A DNA stretch of 64,000 bases from Callorhinchus milii (lineage: Eukaryota): positions 12,836,001 through 12,900,000 of the forward strand of contig NW_024704743.1 of the NCBI RefSeq assembly GCF_018977255.1, written 5' to 3'. The translations under genes and the position numbers were made by a program. Below, one piece after another: positions 53,371 through 64,000 of the stretch (position 1 is its first letter; the number at the start of each line of letters is the position of its first letter). The notes beneath the pieces were generated by a model. It ran no database searches. It was not told where the DNA came from and saw nothing but the letters and a program-made list of their open reading frames with translations.

Positions 53371-54236
53371 ATATGACATACAGTATTACTATACTTTTGT
53401 GAGTGTCTTATATTGTAAAACAAAATATCACATGAAAGTATTAAGACTTTTTGGTTTCATTGACTTCACGAGGGCACGATATTAATATATAATGGTAGAA
53501 TATCTATTATATTCAATACATTTGAATTAAAGTCGCTTGGATAATTTTTAGAGATTTTGTGACATTAGTGACCTAATATAATTCAGTAAGATTCTCTGTA
53601 GTCACAAGATGAACAAAGTCTTTCAGCCCATTTGATTTCATCATTCCAGAATATTCACTCTGCCATTTTCCCATAACAACATTAAATCATTTGTTAAACA
53701 AGTTCAGCACCCTGGCCTCTACCCCTTTCCTGGGAACCCATTCAGCCTGTTATTAACGGTTTGTGTAACAAAGTACAAAATATATCCTGTCCTGAAAGTC
53801 TCCTGGGCAAAACTGAACTTGAACCTGCTTAACCTGCTGCCTCACCTTATCTATTTGTCCTTCATGGCTCATCCCTCCAATACTGGGGATCATCCTTGTT
53901 GCATTTCTCTAAGCTACCTACAGAGCCAGACCTCTTATGTCAGAGTGAGCAAAACTGTATGCAGCCCTCAAGTTGCAGTCAAACGAGAGCACTGTATAGT
54001 TTGAACATGACCTCTGGGGGTCTGAAGACCTGCAAATTGTTTGCCTTATTAATTACTGCCTTACACTGTTTGGAAATAAATCAACTAACACCTTACATCT
54101 CTTTCAGCTTCCTCTTTGGTGAGTTGCATCCCATCCACAGAGCCTTCTAATTTTACTTCCTGTAAGATTCCATTAGTTTTTTTCAAATATTGCGATTAAG
54201 TTAATGGGTCCACAATGATGAATTTATGGAGCTGTA

Positions 54237-54691
54237 GAATGGATGCTGGGGTCTTTATCAGAACAAATGTGCTTGTTGAGGTTTAAAGCCTGAGGAGAGG
54301 TGCGCTACTTTTCTGGCACACCTGTTGGCCTCTCCCAGCTCCATTTACATTGCCTTTGATTTGTTGCTGATTAACAATACGGCCGCAGTTGAAAGCTGAC
54401 AAGCCGAACATTAAGAGCAATTCTCAGTCAGCCATTGGATCCACGTGCTTCTACCAATTTCATACAAATGGCTCACAACATGATTTAACATTGTCATTGG
54501 ACCAAAGTTCAACATACAAAACAATGAAGGGAGAAGGAAAAGAAAGAATTCTTTGTTAAAAATAATCTTGGCGTCTGGCAATGGCTTTTTAGGGGGGTTG
54601 TATTGTGATGGTGACCAGGTTCAGCGTTGCAGTGGGTGAAGGGAACACTTACCAAAGATTAATAATTAACAGGATAAACCATTCTGTGATG
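54237..54691 (-). repeat. Long-range inverted repeat, arm B (428-bp core 54264-54691)
   Basis: Block-by-block reverse complement of 8927-9354, 425/428 identical. Confidence 0.97.
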
Positions 54692-55264
54692 CAGAATAAC
54701 TACTAAATGTGTTTAACTTTACAAACACTGAACATACAACAATCGAATATGCATCTCATTTTGAAGAGATATGTTCTGAAACTTTTCCATCTTAAAAAAC
54801 TATCATAAATATTCACAGTGAATTCATAGCACATGCATCATTAACCAGAGTAATGGAACATGCAGGCTCTTTCTTCTTTTCTAAAATGATAGAAATTGAC
54901 AGCACAGATGGAGGCCATTCAGTCCACCAAATCTGTGCTGGTATGAGCAACCCCCTGCATTTATCTAATCTAATTGTATTTCTCTTAACATAACTCTTCC
55001 ACAACTGATTCTCTTTAAACAATCATTTGTAGTAAAACATTCCACATTATAACATGCCTCTGTGTAACAGACAATAGAACCATAGAAATTTACAGTGCAG
55101 AAGAAGATTATTCTGTGAAGGACATAGAGGGGAGTCTCTATATCAAATTTTGTCAATTTTAAAACTTTATTTTTTAATTTAGCACAAATGCGCCATGCCA
55201 TAGTGCTGCAAAGGTGTGTGACACAATGAGACACAGACAGATAAGAGCTGTAAGATAAGAGATA

Positions 55265-55335
55265 AAATTGGTACAATAGCATGGATTCAATGACTGACTG
55301 AGAATTGCTCTTATTGTTCGGCCTGTCAGCTTTCA
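55265..55335 (+). repeat. Third, partial diverged copy (C) of the inverted-repeat core
   Basis: 62/71 ungapped identity to 9158-9228; complementary to 54390-54460. Confidence 0.9.
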
Positions 55336-55357
55336 TATAGTTCAGTCTGATGGGTAT

Positions 55358-55680
55358 TTAGAGGAGACTTTTGAGAACCTCACTCGAGCAGAGAGCCCAA
55401 CGGAGCGAGCTGTGAACAGAGTGAGACTTTTGTGAAGGAATTTGGTGAGAGTGGGAATTCGGTGCAAAGGGGTAAGAAGATGCTAGATAAAAAAAATTAA
55501 ATAAAGAGTAAAAAATGGCAGCGCAGGCAGTATGCTGAGACTGTAAAATGTGGGAAATTGTGGACAGTGAGACTGTCCCAAATGATGACATCTGTGGGAA
55601 ATGCCTATGTCTTGACTCACTCTGGCTCAGAGTCTTTGAGCTGGAGTGCACATTAGAGACACTCCAACACATAATGTAGG
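55358..55680 (+). mobile_element. CR1 LINE 5' UTR and ORF1 N-terminus only
   Basis: aaggaatttggtgagagtggga also at about 61835; Cys-rich ORF1 start (ICGKC...LWLRVFELE). Confidence 0.75.
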
Positions 55681-55685
55681 GGGAG

Positions 55686-55950
55686 GAATAATAACAATAA
55701 TAATCCTTGCATTCGATATTGAGCCTTATCATGTCTTCGCGACATCTCAAAGCGCTTCACAGAATATACTGAAAGTGAATTGACTGTATATTTTGTGGAC
55801 GAACGCAGCACAACAAATTGCACACAGCAGTGTCCCACAAACAGTTGTGGATTGAAGTTGCCAATTATTTTTAAAAGGAATTCTTACCCCCAGAAAAGTA
55901 AGCCGCCACTCGACTAACAACTGGGTTCCTACTTACTGCTAGGTAAACAG
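55686..55950 (-). mobile_element. tRNA-derived SINE, older subfamily, 5'-truncated
   Basis: Family tail and cctacttactgctaggtaaacag. Confidence 0.82.
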
Positions 55951-56049
55951 ACTAAAGAAGTAATTATCAATTAGATTGTTGGTAGGCCCAATCCTTCACC
56001 TGTTTCAATTGAAGAATATGGTATTATTCACAATATGGACAAGCAGACC

Positions 56050-56440
56050 AGTCACTGAGAGCAGGGATTCTTCCTACTTGGCTCCCCTTAACCCTGAAAC
56101 TCAAAGCTATAATGGATACAGTGATTCTAGCTGGACAAGCGATGGGAAGTTTGGCAGACAGTTCTCACTATGGCAAGCTATGTGGTTTAGCTGATTAAAC
56201 TGCAGCATATATCCCGATGCACAATCTGGTGTACCCAAAGCTTTGACTCTCGCCAATCTACACCTAACACTCTTCGAAATTAAATAAGCAGGGTATATCC
56301 CTTCAGGGAGAGAGTGCACATTTTATTCCAGTCACAGGGAAATATCCATATGTAGAAGGCATACATATGTGGAACTCAGTCTAGTTTGGATGCTCTTAAG
56401 CATGATGATGAGTTTCCGCTTATATCAGACATCTGACTTA
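56050..56440 (+). repeat. Unclassified repeat, partial copy
   Basis: gagagagtgcacattttattcc and ctcttaagcatg...tcagacatc shared with 38378-38510. Confidence 0.65.
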
Positions 56441-58354
56441 AAAAAAACTCTGACTTAATTACTCAGGATATTAAAAATAATTTTGACAGGCTATATGTTT
56501 GAGGTCTAATAAATTCTGGAATACACAGAAACGGCAGGAAAAAATCCTTTTTGACCGACAAAAATTTGATTTCATTTGAGAGAAGAAAAGGAACAGCAAA
56601 GGTTTCTGTAGAGATCCTCCAGAATTCTATCTTTTAATTTTAATCAAGCAGAAACATATTTAAAAGGAAGGAATTTTGCATCTTGCTTCTTGCATCTTAG
56701 CACTCAGGATGTCAAAATACCTCAAAGCACTTTGCAGTAATTCCTGCCACGTGTAGTGACATTTTTTTTATAACTAGTCACAGCAGCTGTTTGGTACACA
56801 GCCATTTTGCACTCAGCCCAGTGCAACAAACAGCCAGAAGTTGAGTACCTAAATAATCCAGGGATTGTTGGTCAGGATACCAGAAGGAAGCCCTATCTTT
56901 TTTTGAATAGTGTTATGGGATCTTTAACGTCCTCCTGGCAAATAGGAACATGGTTTCTCGCCTCATCAGAAGGATGTCTAACAGAAATGTCACAGTCGGA
57001 CGGTTTAAATAATGTGCACAAATGGAAAATGTGCTGTATAGGGAGTGAACGGCTCCAGGTAAAAGTATTTAATGGTCAGCACAGCACTATCAAATGTCTC
57101 TTTTCTGTATTGCTAAAGAAATTGAACAGCCCCAAGAGGATGGAAGCCACACTGCCACACTGCGGCTGAATGTCACCCCCAATGGTAGTTTTCATGCCAA
57201 GTCTCTTACAGTAAATCTGGCATTGGCATGGCAATCCCTCACTTCATTGACTGTGAAGGAGCAAATTAATAGCTTAACTTTCCAATGATAGAAGAACCAG
57301 CACCAGTTTTACAGGATAATGTAAATGTAAAATCTGTAAAGTCACCCGAGAGGGTTAACTGCAGTATGATTGTTTCATTCTGTCTAAATTTTAGGAAATG
57401 TACAATCAGTTTTGTTACTGAGGCCGGTGTAAATATGTTTTCTTGGACATGAATGAAAGCTGGTATTTCTATATGGCTCAAGCAAAGCATACACTGTTTT
57501 CAATCTATAGCCTATTAGCCTTGCCTGGGCTCTTATCAACAGTCCTGCAGGAATGTGACTTAATTTCCTGTCACTCTAATCAAACGACTGGCATTTTCTC
57601 TATCGTAAGCTTTGTTTAGTTCTTTGGCTGCCTTTATTCCGGAGCTTGGAAAAATATTTTCTTAACAAAACAATCACAATCAACCAAACAATAGTGTTTA
57701 GTTGTGCAAAACATGCAAGGTTATTGTGGCAGAGTAAGGAATGTTACAATGTGCGAAGTGAATTCCAGTAAATTCAAGTGCTATGGACAAAAACAATGTG
57801 GATGGAAAATTCCAATATACTGCAAATTCTTAACAATTAAACTAAAAAGGTGTTTGCGAAATATTTGGTTGATGTGTACTTATGTGACATGCAGCCTACG
57901 TCGGTGTCTGGCATTCCATGTGTATCCTGTTTATGCCCTTATCTTAGGTGGAAACAAGGTAAAGATAGACAAAAGGGTCTGTATTTTGTAAGAGATTTCT
58001 TAATAAGAAATACGCAATTGTCAAATTTCTAAAACATCAAAGGAACTGAAGAATGCACATTCCATGTTTTAAAAATATTCTAGTTGCTCACTTTCAAACT
58101 AGGAAATTTCTTAAGAAATGCCATAAATTAGACATTAATTTGTCAAAATAAGTCCAACCTTATATACTACTAGCTGTACCTGTTGCAGCTACATTTGCAA
58201 CCAAAGAATCCGATATGGAATGTAGATTTCAGTATTATTATACATAAATGGCATCCACAAGTTGCACTCTGGTGTGGTTGATCCCTTTCCCAGTGCTCAC
58301 AAAATGAAAACTGTATTTTTTAAAAAAAATTGTATTCTGGCCACTTTCAAATGC

Positions 58355-58730
58355 TACAGGTTGTGGGATCAAACCCCAAATCCAGATTTTTGAACTCACA
58401 ATCTAGGCAGATAATCCAATGCAGTGCTGGGGGAGTGCTGCATTGTCAAGGGTACTTTTCTTCAGATGAGACGTTAAACCAAGGTCCTGTCTGTCCGGTT
58501 CAGTTCGATACTAAAGATCTCATGGCACTATTCAAAAAGTGAAGAGAGTTTCTCCCAATATCCTGACCAAATTCACTTCATAGCTGTTTGCGGACATTGC
58601 TGTACACAAATTGGTTGCTGCATTTACCTACAATAACCACAGTGAACAGTTCACTACACTTTACAGTAAATCATGTGAAGCACTTTGAGACATCCTCTTG
58701 TCATGAAAGGCATTATATCAAACAGAATGA
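58355..58730 (+). mobile_element. Deu-domain SINE
   Basis: ttcagatgagacgttaaaccaaggtcctgtctg...aaagatctcatggcactatt. Confidence 0.78.
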
Positions 58731-58980
58731 TTACCATTAATCCCAGAAAAAAAAGAGGGGAACATGGGAAACATTTTTCACAAGAAGGATTTGTTAGAAT
58801 CTGGCATACTTTACCACAAATGGTTGGTGAAGCCAAGTTTATGACAGAATTTTAAAGAGCATGGGATATATATGTGAGGAAAACTGATATCGCTCACAAA
58901 ATATACAGTCAGTTCACTTTACAGTATATTCTGTGAAGCGCTTTCAGACATCTTGAAGACGTGATGAGGCGCTACATCAA

Positions 58981-59313
58981 ATAATAATAATAATAATAAT
59001 CCTTGCATTTGATATAGCGCTTTTCACGTCGGGAGGACGTCCCAAAGCGCTTCACAGAACACACTGTAAAGTGAATTGACTGTATATTTGTGGGCGAACG
59101 CGGCAGCCAATTGCACACAGCAATGTCCCACAAACAGTCGTAGATTGAAAATGATCAATTTTTTTTATTATTGTTTTTGGTTTTGGAGGGATTATTATTA
59201 GGCTCTGTGTGGAGTAAGGAAACTTGCCCAAGGTTTCGCCCTCTGCCTGGAATTGAACTCAGGTCTCTCACTTGCAAAGCGAGTGCTCTAACCACTGAGC
59301 TACAGGACTCCAC
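58981..59313 (-). mobile_element. Young SINE, full length, inserted in the tail of an older plus-strand SINE
   Basis: Older SINE 58890-58980 resumes as atgcaaggattattatt at about 59318. Confidence 0.9.
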
Positions 59314-60569
59314 AAGGATGCAAGGATTATTATTGTTAAATATTTGCTTGCACAACAGTATTCAGGACACTTTAATCCAACTCTTTTTTATGTGCTTTGA
59401 AATGTAATTTTGATGTAACAAGACATTACACAAAATGCAAGTATTATTATTATGAATGTTTTGGGGTAAGAGCAGAGCAACGAGGTTGATGTAGATTGCT
59501 TCAGTGAGGGATCTGGCACCATCACAGGCGTGCTGGGCTGAAAGGCCTCTGTGCTGTAAGCTTTCTAAAATTCTATGAACATGGTGGTGCTGATGAATTA
59601 TTCTGCACAACCTTATTGTACAATTTTACAGGACATTTTAAAACCTGGGCTTATTAATTAACATAAAACATGGAAATTATTTAAAACCATTAGGCAGGAT
59701 ACAAACAATCCTTAGATTTGATGTAGTGCCTTCACATTGGGAGGATGTCTCAAACCACTTCACAGTATATAGTGTAAAGTGTAGAGACTGTGTGTTTTGT
59801 AAGTGAAAAGCATTCACTCACTTTCATTAAGTATATTATATTTAGTTACATTCTCCAGTATTTCACATAAGAATTACCAACTTTTAGCAGTTTGACTTCC
59901 TGCACAGCAAGGAGTAACTCTCTTCAAGAACTTTACTTCAGAGTCGCACTATTACTGTGGGGTATGATATCTTTTGAAGGAAAACAAAGTCTTGCTGTGT
60001 TTTGTATACTGCTGTCTTCATTTTTCACTTTCAGAACTTCTGAGCTCTAAAAGCCTTGTATTTTATCATGCCACCAATAAATACTGTGTTAGTGATAAAT
60101 TGTCAGTTTAGGCTCTCAGCACTGTGCCAGCAGATACCAACAGAAACAGCCTTGCACACTAAACATGCAGAGATTTCTCTTCCTTAGAAAGACTGCAATA
60201 ACCATTACTATTATGCTGGCCTGTGGTATAGCTCTTTCTGCTATTTCCCATAGTTTGTTGCACATACCCATCACAACAATATACTGTACTCAGCATATAG
60301 CTGACATACTCAATAATCAATTGCTTCTCCTATACTCTGGGAATAACTAAGATTGTCTTACAATTAAAGCTGCGTAGCTGTATATTTTAAACTCATAATT
60401 CAATCATAATTGAAGTGTCAGCCTCGCTCAGTTGCTAGGACTCTCACCTCTGAGTCAGAAGATTGTAGGTTCAAGTCCCACATTGAGGCTTAGAATCATA
60501 TAGTCTAAGCTGACACTCCAATGCAGTGCTGAGGGTGTGCTGAATTGTTGGAGGTGCTGTTCTTAACTT

Positions 60570-61095
60570 AACATAACATGTAGGAGCAGGAGTAGGCCAT
60601 TCGGCCCTTCGAGCCTGCCTTGCCATTCAATCATGGCTGATCTTCTAATCTAACTCCAGCTAATAACCTGAACCTGCCTTATCCCCATATCCCTTAATCC
60701 CTTTTGCAATAAGAAATCTATCTATCTCAGTCTTGAATATGTTCAAGGACTGAGCGTCAACAGCCCTTTGGGGTAGTGAGTTCCATACATTCACCACCCT
60801 TTGAGTGAAGAAGTTCTTCCTCAACTCTGATTTTAAGGTTGTGACCCCTGGTTTTAGTTTCTCCAACCAGGGGAAACAATCTCCCACTATCTACTCTATC
60901 ATGCCCTTTGATGATCTTATAGATTTATATAAGATCCCCTCTAATTCTTCTATATTCTAGAGAATATAGGCCCAAATTGGTCAGCCTATCCTCGTAACTC
61001 ATCCCTTCATCCCTGGTACTAACCCAGAAAATCTACGCTGCACCCCCTCCAAGGCAAGTACATCCTTCCTTAAATGAGGAGACCAAAACTGCAGA
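60570..61095 (-). mobile_element. CR1 LINE 3' fragment nested in a Deu-domain SINE
   Basis: ORF LRKNFFTQRVVNVWNSLPQRAVDAQSLNIFKTEIDRFL; Deu SINE head 60415-60560 resumes at about 61100. Confidence 0.9.
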
Positions 61096-61231
61096 GGAGA
61101 TTTAACCCGAGGTCCCATCTGCTTGTTCTAGTGCATGTTAAAGATCCAATTGCACTATTCAAAAAGATAATGGAACTAACAATCCTTCAGATAAAATTGA
61201 TCGTTCACTTCATGGCTATTTGTGGGATATT

Positions 61232-61502
61232 GAGAGACCTGAGTTCAATTCCAGGCAGGGGGCGAAACCTTGGGCAAGTTTTCTAACTCTACACGCCTAA
61301 TAATAATCCCTCCAAAACAAAAAACAATAATAAATTGGTCATTTTCAATCTACGACTGTTTGTGGGACATTGCTGTGCGCAATTGGCTGCCGCGTTCGCC
61401 CACAAATATACAGTCAATTCACTTTACAGTGTGTTCTGTGAAGCGCTTTGGGACATCCTCCCGACGTGAAAAGCGCTATATCAAATGCAAGGATTATTAT
61501 TA
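61232..61502 (+). mobile_element. Young SINE, 5'-truncated
   Basis: gagagacctgagttcaattccaggcagg...aaatgcaaggattattatt. Confidence 0.9.
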
Positions 61503-61759
61503 TAATAATAATAATAATAATCATAATCCTTGCATTTGATAAAGCGCTTTTCACGTCGAGAGGACGTCCCAAAGCCCACAAACTCCATTATTATTATTAT
61601 TATTGGCTGCCGCATTCGCCTATGAAATACACAGTCACTACACTTTACCAATAAAATATTGAAGAACTTTGAGACATTTTCCCAATGTGAAAGGCACTAT
61701 ATCAAAATATCAAGGAGTATTTATATAGTTAAAAGGATCAAACTATTAAACTGTTAAGA

Positions 61760-62923
61760 GGATTAAACTTGAGCATAGAGCCCAGCAGCATGAGAAGGGA
61801 ACTGAGTGAGATGGAACAGAATGAGAATTCTGTTAAGGAATTTGGTGAGAGTGGGAGTTCGGTACAGATGGGGAAAGAGGTGCATAATTATAAAATATAT
61901 AATATTTATATTAAAATAATATAAAACATGTCTGGGAATATGGCAGGGTAGCTGAGGCCGGTTGGTGTGCCATGCGGAAACTCCAGGATGTTTTGCGTGT
62001 CCTGGACAGACACATGTGTAGGAAGCGCCTCTGGCTTGAGCTCAGGGTTTCTGAGCTCGAGGAGAAGCTAGTGTCACTACATTGCAGACGGGAGGCTGAA
62101 GAGTTCATGGATCAAGCATTTCAGGAGGTGCTTACCCCACAGCCACAGAGGGTTCAGAAGGAGAATGGTACGAAGAGGGTACAGGTAGTGCAGAAATCCC
62201 CTGAGAGAGTGGCACTCACAAACCAGTTCTCTGTACTGAATGCTGGTGTGGGTGACACCTCTGCGGAGGGGAGTCCAAAGCAAATGGATGCACAGGGGGA
62301 CACAGGGAAGAGTATCAATGCAATTGTCATTGGGGACACAATGGTGAAAGGAGTAGACAGGTGTTTCTGCAACCAAAAATATAACGCTCACATAATATGT
62401 TGCCTCACTGGTGCCAGGGTTGAAGACATCACGGAACAGATGCAAAACATTCTATTGGGGAAGGGGAACATCCAGAAGTCATGGTCCATGTTGGGATCCA
62501 TGATGTAGGGAAAAAAAGGGCTGAGATCCTACAGTGAGAGTATCATAAGCTAGGAAAAATGCTAGAGTAGGACCTCAAAGGTAGTAATCCCTGGATTACT
62601 CCCAGTGCTGTGTGTAAATGAGTATCAAAACAGCAGGATCAAACACATGAATGCATGGCTGGAGAAATGGTGCAGAAAGGAGGACGTCAGTTTTCCTGGA
62701 TCATTGGGACCAGTTCTGGGGCAGATGGGACCTGTACAAGGTCGATGGGTTACACGTGAACAGGGCTGGGACCAATGTCCTCAAAGGGAGGTTAACTAAT
62801 GCTGTGGGGAAAGGTTTAAACTAATTTTGAGGGGGGAAGGGAATCAGGATGTAGCATCAGGGAGGACAAACAAGTTACATAGAGGTCTGGGAGAGACGAA
62901 TAGCAATGCAATAAGGAGTAGTC
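61760..62923 (+). mobile_element. CR1 LINE 5' UTR and degraded ORF1 (zinc finger/leucine zipper and SGNH esterase-like domain)
   Basis: HMCRK..LELRVSELE, VALTNQFSVL, AIVIGDTMVKGVDR, CCLTGARVEDI, NAWLEKWCRKE. Confidence 0.88.
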
Positions 62924-63802
62924 TGACTAGTATTTGGACATCAAGTCCTGGATGAGAGCTAACTTTCTTCAGTTGAACGTCAACAAGACCGAGGTACTCC
63001 TGATTGGCTCCCGTCAGCGCCTCCTCACTTCAGGCGCTGACAGCATCAGCATCCATGGTTGCACACTCCACCTTGCTAAGCCAGTCAGGAACCTTGGCAT
63101 CTTGTTTGACCCTCAACTATCCTTTCTACCCCACATCTGTGCCATGACCTGCTCTACCTTCCCCCACCTCCGCAACGTCGCTCAGCTCCGCCACTATCTC
63201 ACACCGCAGGCCACCAAAACTCTCAAACATGGTTTCATTACATCGAGGCTCGACTATGCAAACTCATTGCTTGTCGGCCTCCCCAACTCCTCCCTCCACA
63301 GGCTGCAGATCATCAGAACTCTGCAGCCCATGTCCTCTCCTTCACTAGGCTCCGCGACCCTATCACCCCATCACACAGAGGATACCGTTCAAGATCCTGG
63401 TCTTCATCTTCAAAGCCCTCCATGGTCTTGCTCCCCCCTACCTCTCCGACCTCCTAACCGCTACCATCCTGCTCGCTCCCTCTGCTCAGCGGATTCCGGC
63501 CTGCTTCACGTCCCCCGCCTCACTTGCCCCACTATTGGTGGGTGGGGCTTCTGCCACTCTGCCCCCACCCTCTGGAACTCCATCCCATAGTCCCTCTACC
63601 TCGCCCCCTCCCTTGCCACCTTCAGGACCCATCTCAAGACCCTCCTCTTCGACCGTGCTTTTGATCTTCCTGCTTCACCCCTGCCCTCCACCCTCCCCAA
63701 TCCTGACCCCCAGCTCGGGTCCATAACTCTGTATGTCCAGCACCGTGGGACTTCTTACCGAAGTGAAAGATGCTTTCCAAATGTAATTTTGTTGTTGTTG
63801 CT
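62924..63802 (+). mobile_element. L2 3' fragment inserted in the CR1 element
   Basis: ORF DIKSWMRANFLQLNVNKTE...; probable target-site duplication GTAGTC at 62918-62923 and 63803-63808. Confidence 0.92.
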
Positions 63803-64000
63803 GTAGTCCAGGAAAAGGAGGGATTAGATGGGGGAAAAATACAGAGCAGACGCAGTCAGTCTAGGAGTGCTTGTGCGTAAATGCATGGAGGGTGACAAAT
63901 AAGATCGGTGAGCTACAGGTTCAAGTTGCTACATGGCGTCATGATGTAGTGGCAATAACGGAGACCTGGTTCAAACAAGGACAGGAATGGGAGCTAAATA
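63803..64000 (+). mobile_element. CR1 continuation: start of ORF2 AP-endonuclease domain (runs off window)
   Basis: Translates CLCVNAWRVTNKIGELQ...DVVAITETWF. Confidence 0.85.

Noticed and set aside
61972..62508. 178-aa esterase-like ORF as a cellular gene
   Set aside because: It is frameshifted CR1 ORF1 in element context, followed by the ORF2 endonuclease start.

Overview
Repeat-rich, AT-rich vertebrate genomic DNA with no intact protein-coding gene recognisable. The repeat content (L2 LINEs with (TTG)n tails, tRNA-head SINEs with L2-type tails and (ATT)n ends, Deu-domain SINEs, CR1 and Tx1 LINE fragments) suggests a cartilaginous fish, possibly a holocephalan; this is inferred. The window looks like a long intron or gene desert, and nearly all listed ORFs are retroelement debris or chance. 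The standout signal is a unique-looking 428-bp sequence present twice in inverted orientation about 45 kb apart (8927-9354 and 54264-54691; 425/428 identical, no gaps). It has a diverged, indel-containing extension and a third, shorter diverged copy (55265-55335) that could compete for the same partner. Also present: one candidate 62-nt minus-strand exon, a 31-bp-stem hairpin, fold-back LINE/SINE pairs, nested insertions with target-site duplications and an unclassified four-copy repeat family. Boundaries of degraded repeats are approximate and were read by eye.
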